From positions 4,207 to 68,206 of the forward strand of contig DATIMV010000030.1 in NCBI GenBank assembly GCA_035474955.1: a stretch of 64,000 nt of DNA, written 5' to 3'. The position numbers were made by a program, and so were the translations under genes. The notes under the pieces are model-generated. The model was not told the DNA's origin. It saw only the letters and a list, made by a program, of their open reading frames with translations, and ran no database searches. Below, in pieces: positions 25,265 through 34,419 of the stretch. The stretch is from Solirubrobacterales bacterium (GTDB taxonomy: Bacteria; Actinomycetota; Thermoleophilia; Solirubrobacterales; 70-9). Positions within the stretch are counted from its first letter, which is position 1. The number at the start of each line of letters is the position of its first letter.

Positions 25265-26317
25265 ATGAGGTGGGATGAGCAACGAGTCGAGAACGACCTG
25301 CGACTGCCGGGGGTGGGGGACGGCACCGTCGTCCGCACCTTCGACGCCCCGGAGGCGATGGGGATCAACTTCCACGAGGTCCGCGCCCGCTCGGCGCTGA
25401 ACCACGTTCCCGGCAGCCGCTACGGCTTCAGCTGGACGATCAACCCCTTCAGAGGATGCACCCATGCCTGTAAATACTGTTTTGCTCGAAGAACTCATAA
25501 CTATTTAGATTTTGGTCCTGGTAAAGACTTCGAGCGGGAAATCGTCGTCAAGGTCAACGTGCCGGAGCTGCTGCGGGCGGAGCTGCGGCGGCCGAGCTGG
25601 AAGCGGGAGCTGGTGGCGCTGGGGACGAACACCGACCCCTATCAGTGGGTCGAGAGCCGCTACCGGATGATGCCCGAGATCCTCGCGGCGCTGGAGGCGG
25701 CGGAGACGCCGGTCTCGGTGCTGACCAAGTCGCCCCTGGTGCTGCGCGACGTCGAGATCTACGAGCGGATGGCGAAGGTGCTGCCGATCTCGGTCAACCT
25801 CTCGATTCCGACCCTGGACGAGGAGGCCTGGCGGGCGACCGAGCCGCACACCCCAAGCCCAGCCGCCCGCCTCGAAGCCGTCGCCGAGCTCCGCTCCCGC
25901 GGCATCGACTCCGGAGTCCTGATCGCGCCGCTGATGCCGGGGATCAACGACGACCCCGACCAGGTCCGCCCGCTCGTAGAACAAGCCAAAGCCGCCGGCG
26001 CCACCTTCCTGGGCAGCGTCGCCCTCCACCTCCGCGGCGAGGTAAAGGACGTCTTCTTCGCCTGGCTAGAGGCCAAACGCCCCGACCTCCTCCCCCGCTA
26101 CGAAGCTCTCTACCGCGACCGCGCCTACATGCGGCCTGAGCAGCGCCGTCACGCAACGAGAGCTGTCAAAGGCTGGGGCAGAGGAAGAGCGTCAAGACAA
26201 AGGGATTCACGGGCGGGTGGCGACGATCGGGAGGACTCTCCCGATAGGGAGAGCCCCCGATCGGAGACAGGACCCGCCCGCCAGAGCTCCCCCGTCCACC
26301 AGGGTTCCCTCTTCTAG
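25265..26317 (+). CDS. Rv2578c-family radical SAM protein (SplB/DNA-photolyase-like, COG1533 type)
   Basis: FSWTINPFRGCTHACKYCFARRTHNYLDF carries the CxxxCxxC motif. Start ambiguous (TTG 25238, ATG 25247 or ATG 25265). The C-terminal 35 aa are encoded by a repeat element and low-complexity sequence. Confidence 0.85.
   Translation: MRWDEQRVENDLRLPGVGDGTVVRTFDAPEAMGINFHEVRARSALNHVPGSRYGFSWTINPFRGCTHACKYCFARRTHNYLDFGPGKDFEREIVVKVNVPELLRAELRRPSWKRELVALGTNTDPYQWVESRYRMMPEILAALEAAETPVSVLTKSPLVLRDVEIYERMAKVLPISVNLSIPTLDEEAWRATEPHTPSPAARLEAVAELRSRGIDSGVLIAPLMPGINDDPDQVRPLVEQAKAAGATFLGSVALHLRGEVKDVFFAWLEAKRPDLLPRYEALYRDRAYMRPEQRRHATRAVKGWGRGRASRQRDSRAGGDDREDSPDRESPRSETGPARQSSPVHQGSLF
26212..26287. 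repeat. 76-nt palindromic repeat element, copy 1 (in-frame in the radical-SAM gene tail)
   Basis: 74/76 nt identical to 54481-54556. Has an internal hairpin CTCTCCC-GATA-GGGAGAG flanked by GATCGGG...CCCGATC. Confidence 0.85.
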
Positions 26318-27267
26318 CCCGCCCCTTCATCAAGCTGATCGAACTTGCACTCTTTCGGCGCTTTGTCGTCCCTGAACCGATGAAACCGAGCCCCATGCCG
26401 AATCCGCCCCGAAGCCGCATGGTCATACCCAACCTCGATCACCAGCTCCGGCCGCAACTCAACCCACTCGAGGTCGCGGCCCCCGGTCCAGCGACTGGGC
26501 TCCGCGGTGCCGGCCTTGCCGGTCTCCAGCGGCGCCAGCATCGAGCGCATGCTCTGTTTCGCCGCTTTCGAGAACCCTGAGATGTGGCCGACCGTGCAGA
26601 GCTCGCCGTCTTTGTAGAGGCCGAGGATCAGCGAGCCGACGGTGCCCTCTTCTTTGCCCGGGCGCCAGCCCATCACCACGCAATCGATCGTCCGCTCGCG
26701 CTTGACCTTCGCCATCCCCTTCCGCTTGCCGGGAACGTAGGGCGCGGAGAGGTTCTTGGCCATCACCCCCTCGATGCTGTTCAGCCACCGCTCCGCCTGC
26801 TCGGCGTCGGCGCTCAGCGTCGTCAGCTCGAGGCCCGCCGTCTCGGCGATCGCCTCCAGCCGTTCGCGGCGCTCGCGCAGCGGCTTCTCGCACAGCACCT
26901 CGTCTCCTTCCGCCAGCAGGTCGAAGACGACGTAGCTGGCCGGGATCTCCTTCGAGAGCAGCTCGATCCGCGACTGCGCCGGGTGGATCCGTTCCTGCAG
27001 GGAGTCGAATTCGAGGTTGCCGTCGGCGTCGCGGATCACCAGCTCGCCGTCGAGCACCCAGCGGCCGGGGGCGAACTCGAGCTCGGGGAAGTAGCGGTTG
27101 AAGGGTTTGCCGCCGCGCGACTGCACGTAGAAGTCCTCGCCGTCGACGAAGACGATCGCGCGGAAGCCGTCGAGCTTCGGCTCGTACGCCCAGTCCTCGC
27201 CCTCCGGCAGCGCTTTGCGGGTAAGCGCAAGTTGCGGCTTGATCGGAGGGGAGAGGGGTAGCGCCAC
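26314..27267 (-). CDS. ATP-dependent DNA ligase (LigC/LigD ligase-domain type)
   Basis: Adenylation motif I EPKLDGFRAIVF. About 317 aa, consistent with a stand-alone ligase. GTG start lies immediately after the oppF stop (TAG-GTG). Confidence 0.85.
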   Translation of the reverse strand: MALPLSPPIKPQLALTRKALPEGEDWAYEPKLDGFRAIVFVDGEDFYVQSRGGKPFNRYFPELEFAPGRWVLDGELVIRDADGNLEFDSLQERIHPAQSRIELLSKEIPASYVVFDLLAEGDEVLCEKPLRERRERLEAIAETAGLELTTLSADAEQAERWLNSIEGVMAKNLSAPYVPGKRKGMAKVKRERTIDCVVMGWRPGKEEGTVGSLILGLYKDGELCTVGHISGFSKAAKQSMRSMLAPLETGKAGTAEPSRWTGGRDLEWVELRPELVIEVGYDHAASGRIRHGARFHRFRDDKAPKECKFDQLDEGAG

Positions 27268-28122
27268 CTAGTTGACGCTACCGGCGCGGCGCTCGCGACT
27301 CTCCCTCGGATCGGGGATCGGCACTGCTCCCAGCAGCTTTTTCGTGTACTCGTCACGCGGGTTCTCGCAGACCTGGTCGGCGCTCCCCTGCTCGACGATC
27401 TTGCCCTCGTTCATCACCGCGATCCGGTCGGAGATGTGGCGGACGACGCCGATGTCGTGGGCGACGAAGAGGTAGGCGAGGCCGAACTCGTCCTGGAGGT
27501 CGTCGAGCAGGTTGACGATCTGCGCCTGGATCGAGACGTCGAGGGCGGAGACGGGCTCGTCGCAGATCACCAGCTTCGGCTTCAGTGCGAGCGCGCGGGC
27601 GATCCCGATCCGCTGCCGCTGGCCGCCGGAGAACTCGTGCGGGAAGCGGTTGTAGTGCTCGGAGGAGAGCCCGACCCGCTCCAGCAGCTCCTGCACCTGC
27701 CGCCGCAGCTCCGAGCCGGAAGCGACCCCCTGCCGCTTGAGCGGGTCGCCGACGATCTGGCCGACCCGTTTGCGCGGGTTGAGCGAGGCCTGGGGGTCCT
27801 GGAAGATCATCTGCATCTCGCGGCGCAGCGGCCGCATCTGGCGGCGGCCCAGCCCGGCGATCTCCCGCCCTTCGAACTTCACCGACCCCGAGGTCGGCTT
27901 GATCAGCTGCAGCACCGCCCGGCAGGCGGTCGACTTGCCGCTGCCGGACTCCCCGACCAGCCCCAGCGTTTCCCCGCGCTCGACCTTGAAGCTGACCCCG
28001 TCGACCGCGCGCACCTGATCGACCTCGCGGTCGATCAGGATCCCGCGCTTGATCGGGAAGTGCTTGACGAGGTCGGTGACCTCGAGCAACGGGGCGCTGC
28101 CGGCGGTCTCGGTGCCGTTCAT
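27268..28122 (-). CDS. oligopeptide/dipeptide ABC transporter ATP-binding protein (OppF/DppF-type)
   Basis: Walker [10 protein letters not shown], signature FSGGQRQR and Walker B LVICDEPVSALD. ATGA overlap with the upstream ATPase gene. Confidence 0.85.
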   Translation of the reverse strand: MNGTETAGSAPLLEVTDLVKHFPIKRGILIDREVDQVRAVDGVSFKVERGETLGLVGESGSGKSTACRAVLQLIKPTSGSVKFEGREIAGLGRRQMRPLRREMQMIFQDPQASLNPRKRVGQIVGDPLKRQGVASGSELRRQVQELLERVGLSSEHYNRFPHEFSGGQRQRIGIARALALKPKLVICDEPVSALDVSIQAQIVNLLDDLQDEFGLAYLFVAHDIGVVRHISDRIAVMNEGKIVEQGSADQVCENPRDEYTKKLLGAVPIPDPRESRERRAGSVN

Positions 28123-29150
28123 GCCCGCGGAGCCTCCAGTCCGATCTGCCCTTCGACCAGCCGCTTCTCGCGCTTCTCCTCCGGACTCAGCCAGCAGCGA
28201 TCGCAGTGGCCGGGGGACTCAGGCAGTTTCGCCTCCAGCGGCGGGTACTGCGGGCACTTCGAGAACTCGTGCGGGCAGCGCGGCCGGAACGGGCAGCCCT
28301 CCGGCAGGTCCAGCAGCGAGGGCGGCTGCCCGGCGATCTGCGGCAGCCTCCGCGGCCGCGGCCGGTCGATCCGGGTCAGCGACCCCATCAGGCCCCAGGT
28401 GTAAGGGTGCTGGGGGTCGTAGAAGATCTCGTCCAGCGTCCCCTGCTCGACCACTTTGCCGGCGTACATCACGAGCACCCGGTCGGCGACCTCGGCGACG
28501 ACGCCGAGGTCGTGGGTGATCAGGATCGTCGCCAGGTTGCGCTCCCGGTTCAGCTGCTCGAGCAGGCGCAGGATCTGCGCCTGGATCGTCACGTCGAGCG
28601 CGGTCGTCGGCTCGTCGGCGATCAGCACCTCGGGCTCCAGCGCCAGCGCCATCGCGATCATCGCCCGCTGGCGCATGCCGCCGGAGAACTCGTGCGGGTA
28701 GTCGTCGACGCGGCGCTTGGCGTCGGGGATGCCGACGGCCTCGAACAGCTCCACCGCCCGCGCCCGCCCCTGCTCCTTGGAGACGTCGCCCCGGTGGGCG
28801 CGGATCGCCTCGACGATCTGATTGCCAAGCCTGTAGACCGGGTTGAACGAGGTCATCGGATCCTGGAAGACCATCCCGATCCGCTCGCCGCGCAGGCGCC
28901 GCATCTCGGCGTCGCCGGCGCTCAGCAGGTCCTCGCCGCCCAACTGCACCGACCCCTCGATCCGGGCGTTCTTGGCGCGGGTGAGGCCGATCAGCGTCTG
29001 CGCGGTGACGCTCTTGCCACTGCCGGACTCGCCGACGATCGCCAGCACCTCGCCTGGGGAGAGGTCGAAGCTGACGCCGTCGACCGCCTGCACGACCCCG
29101 TCTTCGGTGGCGAAGCCGACACGCAGATCACTGACGCTGAGAAGGCTCAT
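28119..29150 (-). CDS. oligopeptide/dipeptide ABC transporter ATP-binding protein (OppD/DppD-type)
   Basis: [13 protein letters not shown]...GESGSGKSV...FSGGMRQR...[11 protein letters not shown], with a C-terminal oligopeptide-type extension carrying Cys residues. The longer track ORF (693 aa) is read-through over the permease gene. Confidence 0.85.
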   Translation of the reverse strand: MSLLSVSDLRVGFATEDGVVQAVDGVSFDLSPGEVLAIVGESGSGKSVTAQTLIGLTRAKNARIEGSVQLGGEDLLSAGDAEMRRLRGERIGMVFQDPMTSFNPVYRLGNQIVEAIRAHRGDVSKEQGRARAVELFEAVGIPDAKRRVDDYPHEFSGGMRQRAMIAMALALEPEVLIADEPTTALDVTIQAQILRLLEQLNRERNLATILITHDLGVVAEVADRVLVMYAGKVVEQGTLDEIFYDPQHPYTWGLMGSLTRIDRPRPRRLPQIAGQPPSLLDLPEGCPFRPRCPHEFSKCPQYPPLEAKLPESPGHCDRCWLSPEEKREKRLVEGQIGLEAPRA

Positions 29151-30109
29151 TCCGAAGCGCTTTCCCCGAGTCGGACCCGTGGGTCGAGGTAGGCGTAGGC
29201 GATGTCGACCAGGGTGTTCATGAAGACGACGAAGAAGGAGCCGTAGAGCGCCACCCCCATGATCGGCGGCAGTTCGAATTTTTCGACGGCTTCGGCGGCG
29301 TAGAGGCCGACGCCGTCGATGTCGTAGATCGCTTCGGTGATGATCGCGGTGCCGGCGATCGTGGCGCCGAAGTCGAGGCCGAAGAGGGTGATCACCGGGA
29401 TCAGCGAGTTGCGCAGCACGTGCCGGGTCATCACCTGGCGCTCGCCCAGCCCCTTGGCGCGGGCGGTGCGGACGTAGTCCTCGTTCATCACGTCGAGCAT
29501 GTTCGAGCGCACGACCCGGCTGTAGAAGCCGATCGAGATCGCGGCGAGCGTGACCCAGGGCAGGATCAGGTGCTTCGCCCATTCCCACGGGTCCTCGCTG
29601 AAGGGGACGTACTGGCCGTTGGGGAAGATTTCGAGCTGGTTGGCGAAGAGGTAGATGAGGACGGGGGCGAGCAGGAAGACCGGGATCGAGATGCCGGCGA
29701 TGGAGACGCCGGTGAGGAGGCGGTCGAGCCAGCCACCGGCCCTGATCGCGGAGAGGTAGCCGAGCAGGAGGCCGAAGAAGAGCCAGATCACCGCCGCGCC
29801 GATCGTCAGCGAGAAGGTCGCCGGGATCCCTTCGATGATCTTGTCGTCGACCTCGATCCGCGGTTCGTACTGGACCAGCTCGCCGGTGAAGAGCTTCTCC
29901 ATCATCGTCAGGTACTGCTGCGGCAGCGGGTCGTCGAAGCCCCATTCGGCTTCGATGTTCTCGACCAGCAGCGGGGTCGCGTTCTTGCCCGCGAGGCTCT
30001 GCGCCGGGTTCTGCTTCGGCAGGACCATGAAGACGACGAAGACGACCACCGAGACCGCGAACAGCACCGCGACCATCCCGACGAGCCGGCGGACGATGAA
30101 GCGGGTCAT
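29147..30109 (-). CDS. peptide ABC transporter permease (DppB/OppB-type)
   Basis: [17 protein letters not shown]... N-terminus and an EAA-like loop ([10 protein letters not shown]). 320 aa. Confidence 0.85.
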   Translation of the reverse strand: MTRFIVRRLVGMVAVLFAVSVVVFVVFMVLPKQNPAQSLAGKNATPLLVENIEAEWGFDDPLPQQYLTMMEKLFTGELVQYEPRIEVDDKIIEGIPATFSLTIGAAVIWLFFGLLLGYLSAIRAGGWLDRLLTGVSIAGISIPVFLLAPVLIYLFANQLEIFPNGQYVPFSEDPWEWAKHLILPWVTLAAISIGFYSRVVRSNMLDVMNEDYVRTARAKGLGERQVMTRHVLRNSLIPVITLFGLDFGATIAGTAIITEAIYDIDGVGLYAAEAVEKFELPPIMGVALYGSFFVVFMNTLVDIAYAYLDPRVRLGESASE

Positions 30110-31158
30110 GAGAGAGCGGCTCCCCCCTGGGTGCCGGTGGCGCCGGCCTGGGCCTCGAACTGCAGCGCCGCGTCCAGCCTCTGCTTGCCGCGTGGGTCAA
30201 GGGCGTCGCGGAGAGCGTCGCCGATGATGTTCAGCGACAGCACCGTCAGCATGATCATCGCCCCGGGGAGGATCGCCAGCAGCGGCTGGACTTTGAGCAG
30301 CTCGACCCCGGTGGTGATCATCGCCCCCCAGGAGGAGTTCGGCGGCTGCACGCCGGCGCCGAGAAAGGAGAGGCCGGCCTCGAAGATCATCGCGTTGGCG
30401 ATCATCAGGGTGAAGAAGACGATCACCGTCGAGGCGAGGTTGGGGAGGATCTCGCCGAACATCACCCGCAGCGGCCCCGCTCCCTGCGCGACCGCCGCCT
30501 CGACGAACTCTTTCTCGCTCAGCGCCAGCACCTGACCGCGGATCGGCCGGGCGATATAGGGGACGGTGAAGATGCTGATGATCCCGATCGGGATGATCAG
30601 CGAGCCGCCGGAGAGTTCCAGCGGCCCGAGCTTGAAGCCGCCGGTCGCGAGCGCGACCCCGATAGAAAGCGCGATCAGGAAGACCGGCAGCGACCAGATC
30701 GCGTCGAGGACGCGAGCGATCACGGTGTCCGTCCAGCCGCGGAAGTAGCCGGCCAGCAGGCCCAGGACCACCGCCAGCATGGTGGAGATCAAGGCGGCGC
30801 TGATCGCCACCAGCAGGGAGATGCGGCCGCCGTACATCAGCCGCACCATCTCGTCGCGGCCGAGGCGGCCGTCCGCCCCGAGGAAGAACTTGCCGTCGGC
30901 GGCGAACCACTGCGGCCCGATCGGTTTCCCTTCGACGCTGACGACGTCGAGTTTCTCGCCGTCGACGGTGATCTGTTCGACGATGTGCTCCTCGTTCGGG
31001 CCGGTTTCGGCGACGTGCTCGGCCCACAGCGGAGCCGCGAGGACGAAGAGGACTATGAGAACGAAGACGCCGAGGAAGGCGACGGCGAGGCGGTTGCGGA
31101 AGAACCGCCGCAGAGCGAGGGACCAGGGCCCCCGCTCTGCGCTCGGTTCGTTAGGCAC
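30106..31158 (-). CDS. peptide ABC transporter permease (DppC/OppC-type)
   Basis: OppC-like N-terminal segment (SLALRRFFRNRLAVAFLGV). GTG start. 350 aa including an unusually long periplasmic insert after TM1. Confidence 0.8.
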   Translation of the reverse strand: MPNEPSAERGPWSLALRRFFRNRLAVAFLGVFVLIVLFVLAAPLWAEHVAETGPNEEHIVEQITVDGEKLDVVSVEGKPIGPQWFAADGKFFLGADGRLGRDEMVRLMYGGRISLLVAISAALISTMLAVVLGLLAGYFRGWTDTVIARVLDAIWSLPVFLIALSIGVALATGGFKLGPLELSGGSLIIPIGIISIFTVPYIARPIRGQVLALSEKEFVEAAVAQGAGPLRVMFGEILPNLASTVIVFFTLMIANAMIFEAGLSFLGAGVQPPNSSWGAMITTGVELLKVQPLLAILPGAMIMLTVLSLNIIGDALRDALDPRGKQRLDAALQFEAQAGATGTQGGAALS

Positions 31159-31181
31159 GAGGCTCTTCTACCCCTGGCGCT

Positions 31182-32837
31182 TTACTTGAATTCGAAACTG
31201 CTCAGGTAGTGGCCGAAGGTTGGGTTGAAGATGACGTTGTCGAATTCGATTTCGTCGGAGACGAAGGTCGTCAGGTTCCGGTTCCCGTAGGGAGCCCAAG
31301 GCGCCTGTTTCATGATTTCTTCGTCGAGTTCCGCGTAGGCCGCTTCCTCCTCCGGCCCGAGCTGCTCTTCACCCAGTTCGGAGATCTTTTTGTTGACCGC
31401 CGGGTCGTCGAAGTTGGCGAAGTTGCCGTTGTTGGTCGGCAGGATGCTTTCGCCGGCCAGCAGCGGCTGGAAGAAGTCGTTCGGGTGCGGGTAGTCCTGG
31501 AACCAGTTGGCCCAGCCGGCATCGAGGTCCGGGGTGCTCTGGTTGCCGATCACCGTGAAGTAGTTGTCGGCGTTGAGGATTTTCAGGTTCGTGTTGAAGC
31601 CGAGTTCCTTGAGGACCTCGTTGAAGTATTCGCCGGCTTCGTTGTTGGGGCTTTCGGTGTCGGTCCAGACGGTGATGTCCATATCCGACGGATTTGCCTC
31701 TTTGATCATCTGCTTGGCTTTGGCAAGGTCGTACGGGTAGAGCTCGAACTCCTCGTGGCCCGGCATCCCCGGCGGCAGGATCTGCTGGGAGCCGGTGAGC
31801 TGGCCGGCGTAGATCCGTTCCAGCGCCCGGTCGTCGACCGCGTAGTTCACCGCCTGCCGGACTTTGAGGTCGTCGAACGGCGGCTGCTGGTTGTTCATCC
31901 AGAAGAAGTAGGTGCTGATGGTCGGCTCGACCCGGAACTGGGTGCCCTCGAAGTTTTCCTTCACTTCCGCGTAGCGGGAAGCGGGCGGCGGGTTCTGCAT
32001 CCACTGGTAGGTGCCGTTTTCGACGTCGTCCACCTGCGACTGCTCGTTGCGGACAACGGTGATTTTGGCTCCGTCGACGCTGCCGTCAGGCAGGTCGGGC
32101 ATCGCTTTGCCGTTGGCTTTGGCCCAGTAGGGGTTGCGCTCGTATTCCCAGCCTTTGCCCGGCTGCGATTTGGTGATCACGTAGGGGCCGGTGGCGGGCG
32201 GCGGGTTCGCCGACATGTCTTCGATCGGGGTGTCCTGGGGCAGCGGCGCGACGAACATCAGGCCGAGCTCGTTGGTGAAGGTGCCTCGCGGTTTTTCGAG
32301 GCTGATGACGATCTCGCCGGTTTTGTCGTTGGTTTTGATCCCCGGGATCGGGCCTTTTTTCGTTTCGGCGAATTTTTCGGCGCCTTCGATCGCCGCGATG
32401 TAGAAGGGCGAGCCGCCTGAGTTGAGCTGGATCATCCGTTCGACCGCGAAGCGGAAGTCGGAGGCTTTGACCGGGGTCCCGTCCGAGTATTTGAGGCCGG
32501 GGCGGAGTTTGAGGGTGTAGGTCTTTTCGTCTTTGCCGATCTCCGGCAGATCTTCGGCCAGGCCCGGGATCACTTCGCTGCCTTCATCGCCGCTGGCGTG
32601 CTTGTAGGTCAACAGGGGGACGTAGATGTCGGCCATCGCGGTCCAGCCTTCGGCCGTGTAGGAGAGGGCCGGGTCCATGTAGTCGGGGAACGAGGCATAG
32701 GTCCCTTTCAGGATCCCGCCTTGCTTGCCTTGACCACCGCCGGAGGTCTCGTCGTCACCGCCCCCGCAGGAGGCCAGTCCAATCGCTGCGACCGCTGCAA
32801 GTACCAGAACCGCAATCAGTGATCCAAGCTTCTTCAA
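31182..32837 (-). CDS. ABC transporter family-5 substrate-binding lipoprotein (peptide/nickel type)
   Basis: TTG 32837 is preceded by GGAGGG-N6 and gives LKKLGSLIAVLVLAAVAAIGLASCGG (lipobox). The track start 32942 would overlap the MFS gene. Confidence 0.8.
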   Translation of the reverse strand: MKKLGSLIAVLVLAAVAAIGLASCGGGDDETSGGGQGKQGGILKGTYASFPDYMDPALSYTAEGWTAMADIYVPLLTYKHASGDEGSEVIPGLAEDLPEIGKDEKTYTLKLRPGLKYSDGTPVKASDFRFAVERMIQLNSGGSPFYIAAIEGAEKFAETKKGPIPGIKTNDKTGEIVISLEKPRGTFTNELGLMFVAPLPQDTPIEDMSANPPPATGPYVITKSQPGKGWEYERNPYWAKANGKAMPDLPDGSVDGAKITVVRNEQSQVDDVENGTYQWMQNPPPASRYAEVKENFEGTQFRVEPTISTYFFWMNNQQPPFDDLKVRQAVNYAVDDRALERIYAGQLTGSQQILPPGMPGHEEFELYPYDLAKAKQMIKEANPSDMDITVWTDTESPNNEAGEYFNEVLKELGFNTNLKILNADNYFTVIGNQSTPDLDAGWANWFQDYPHPNDFFQPLLAGESILPTNNGNFANFDDPAVNKKISELGEEQLGPEEEAAYAELDEEIMKQAPWAPYGNRNLTTFVSDEIEFDNVIFNPTFGHYLSSFEFK

Positions 32838-32883
32838 GGTGTTCCCTCCGTCCCGGGATTGCCGGATAGGCCGATTTTGCTGG

Positions 32884-34170
32884 TTACGCCCTGTTTTTAG
32901 TCCCTGGTAACAACTCCACCACAATGTCGTCCCGCCCGTCAAGCGAGGGAGCTTCAGCCACTTCGCCGCTTTCCATCCATTTCCCTTTAAGCAGGGGCGT
33001 CATGACGACAACGATGCCGACTACCCCCACCCCCGCGACGAGAAACGTCATCCGGGGGCTGATCAGGGCGGCGATCACGCCGCCCAGGGCGAAGCCGATG
33101 CCCGGCGTCGCCGCGCCGATCGACTCGAGCACGCTCATCACCCGCGCCTGCATCGATTCCGCGGTCAGCTCCTGGACGGCGCTGATCATCGTCACCCACT
33201 GAACCCCGTTGCCGGCACCGCCGATGACCGAGGCAAGGCAGGCGAACGCCAGGGTCGGAGCCGCGGCAAGCCCCAGATAGCCGCCGCCGACGGCCAGGGT
33301 GCTGAACAGCAGCAGGTAGCCGAGGGAGCCCTGGCGGAGGCGGGCGAAGAGGAGGCTGCCGAACACCATGCCGGTCCCCCAGCTGGCCAGCATCAGGCCG
33401 TAGCCCGTGTCGCTCGATTCCAGCGTGTCCTTGACATAGACCACCTCCACCGGAATGACGGCGGCAAAGAAGATGAACGCCAGCCCCTCGGCGATCAGCA
33501 GGCGCCGCAGGATGGTCTGCTCGCGGATGTAGGCGATCCCGGCTTTGAGCCGTGCTCTCATGTGCCCGGGTTCCGGCTCCCCCCGCGGCATCGCTCCTGC
33601 GGTGAGCAGGATCCAGGCGATCGCATAAAAAGACACGGCGTCTAGTAACAGGGCGGTCGGGATCCCGAACTGCGCGACGACGAGGCCGGCGATCGCCGGG
33701 CCGAGGGCGGCGCCGCCGGTGAAGGCGACGTTGAGGATCGCGTTGCCGGCCCGCAGCTCCCCGACCGGCTCCAGCAGCGAAGCGGCAACGGAGCGGGTGA
33801 GGGCGCGGGCCGCCAGCATCAAGGTGCCGTCGATCGCCCCGAGCACGATTACCCCGGCGAGGGAGAAGTTGACCGAGAGCAGGGCGAGGCCACCGAAGGC
33901 CGCCGCCTCGGCGGCGTAGAGGACTGGCAGGGCAAAACGGGGAGATGGCAGCTCGACGCGGGCCACCAGTGCTGGCGCCAGCAGGGCGGGCATGAAGCCG
34001 GTCCCGATGAAGAGCGCCGCCGTCGCCAGGGCGCTTTCGGTCTGGTCATAGACGAGGACCGAGAGGGCGATCAGGCCCATCCAGTCCCCCAGCTCGTTGA
34101 TCGCGTAGGTGATCGCCAGCCGTCGGAAGAGAGGGCGGCGGAGCGGTGCGGCTAGACCTTGGCCAGGCAT
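32884..34170 (-). CDS. MFS transporter
   Basis: 428 aa with about 12 TM segments. The N-terminus RRPLFRRLAITYAINELGDWMG resembles the EntS/MFS_3-type. Confidence 0.8.
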   Translation of the reverse strand: MPGQGLAAPLRRPLFRRLAITYAINELGDWMGLIALSVLVYDQTESALATAALFIGTGFMPALLAPALVARVELPSPRFALPVLYAAEAAAFGGLALLSVNFSLAGVIVLGAIDGTLMLAARALTRSVAASLLEPVGELRAGNAILNVAFTGGAALGPAIAGLVVAQFGIPTALLLDAVSFYAIAWILLTAGAMPRGEPEPGHMRARLKAGIAYIREQTILRRLLIAEGLAFIFFAAVIPVEVVYVKDTLESSDTGYGLMLASWGTGMVFGSLLFARLRQGSLGYLLLFSTLAVGGGYLGLAAAPTLAFACLASVIGGAGNGVQWVTMISAVQELTAESMQARVMSVLESIGAATPGIGFALGGVIAALISPRMTFLVAGVGVVGIVVVMTPLLKGKWMESGEVAEAPSLDGRDDIVVELLPGTKNRA

Positions 34171-34197
34171 GAACTCAATGGATGTCCTACCTCAAAT

Positions 34198-34223
34198 TTG
34201 CACAACTTCTCGTGCAATTGCAC
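34198..34223. promoter_or_regulatory. operator-like array of TTGCAC half-sites
   Basis: TTGCAC-N8-GTGCAATTGCAC. The last 12 bp (34212-34223) form a perfect palindrome. Lies 28-53 bp upstream of the MFS start in a low-GC intergenic region. Confidence 0.45.
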
Positions 34224-34391
34224 AGGTTTTGGACAATCTGTGCTACAAACTGAGCAAGCAACTGCACGAGATTCAGACGGTCTTGGGACGTCTGAGGGCT
34301 TCAATCTAAGAGAAGGGGCATTTAAAAATGGGTTTCCGTCGCTAATTCAGAACTTCAGAGCGAGTCCAACTAAGGCCTCGCCAAGCTTTAC

Positions 34392-34419
34392 CGAAAGGCG
34401 CTCGCGAGGGCGCCTTTCG
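34392..34419 (+). terminator. terminator-like hairpin inside the MFS / HD-GYP intergenic region
   Basis: CGAAAGGCGC-tcgcgagg-GCGCCTTTCG forms a 10-bp stem, followed by TCTGTT on the + strand. Strand assignment is tentative. Confidence 0.4.
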
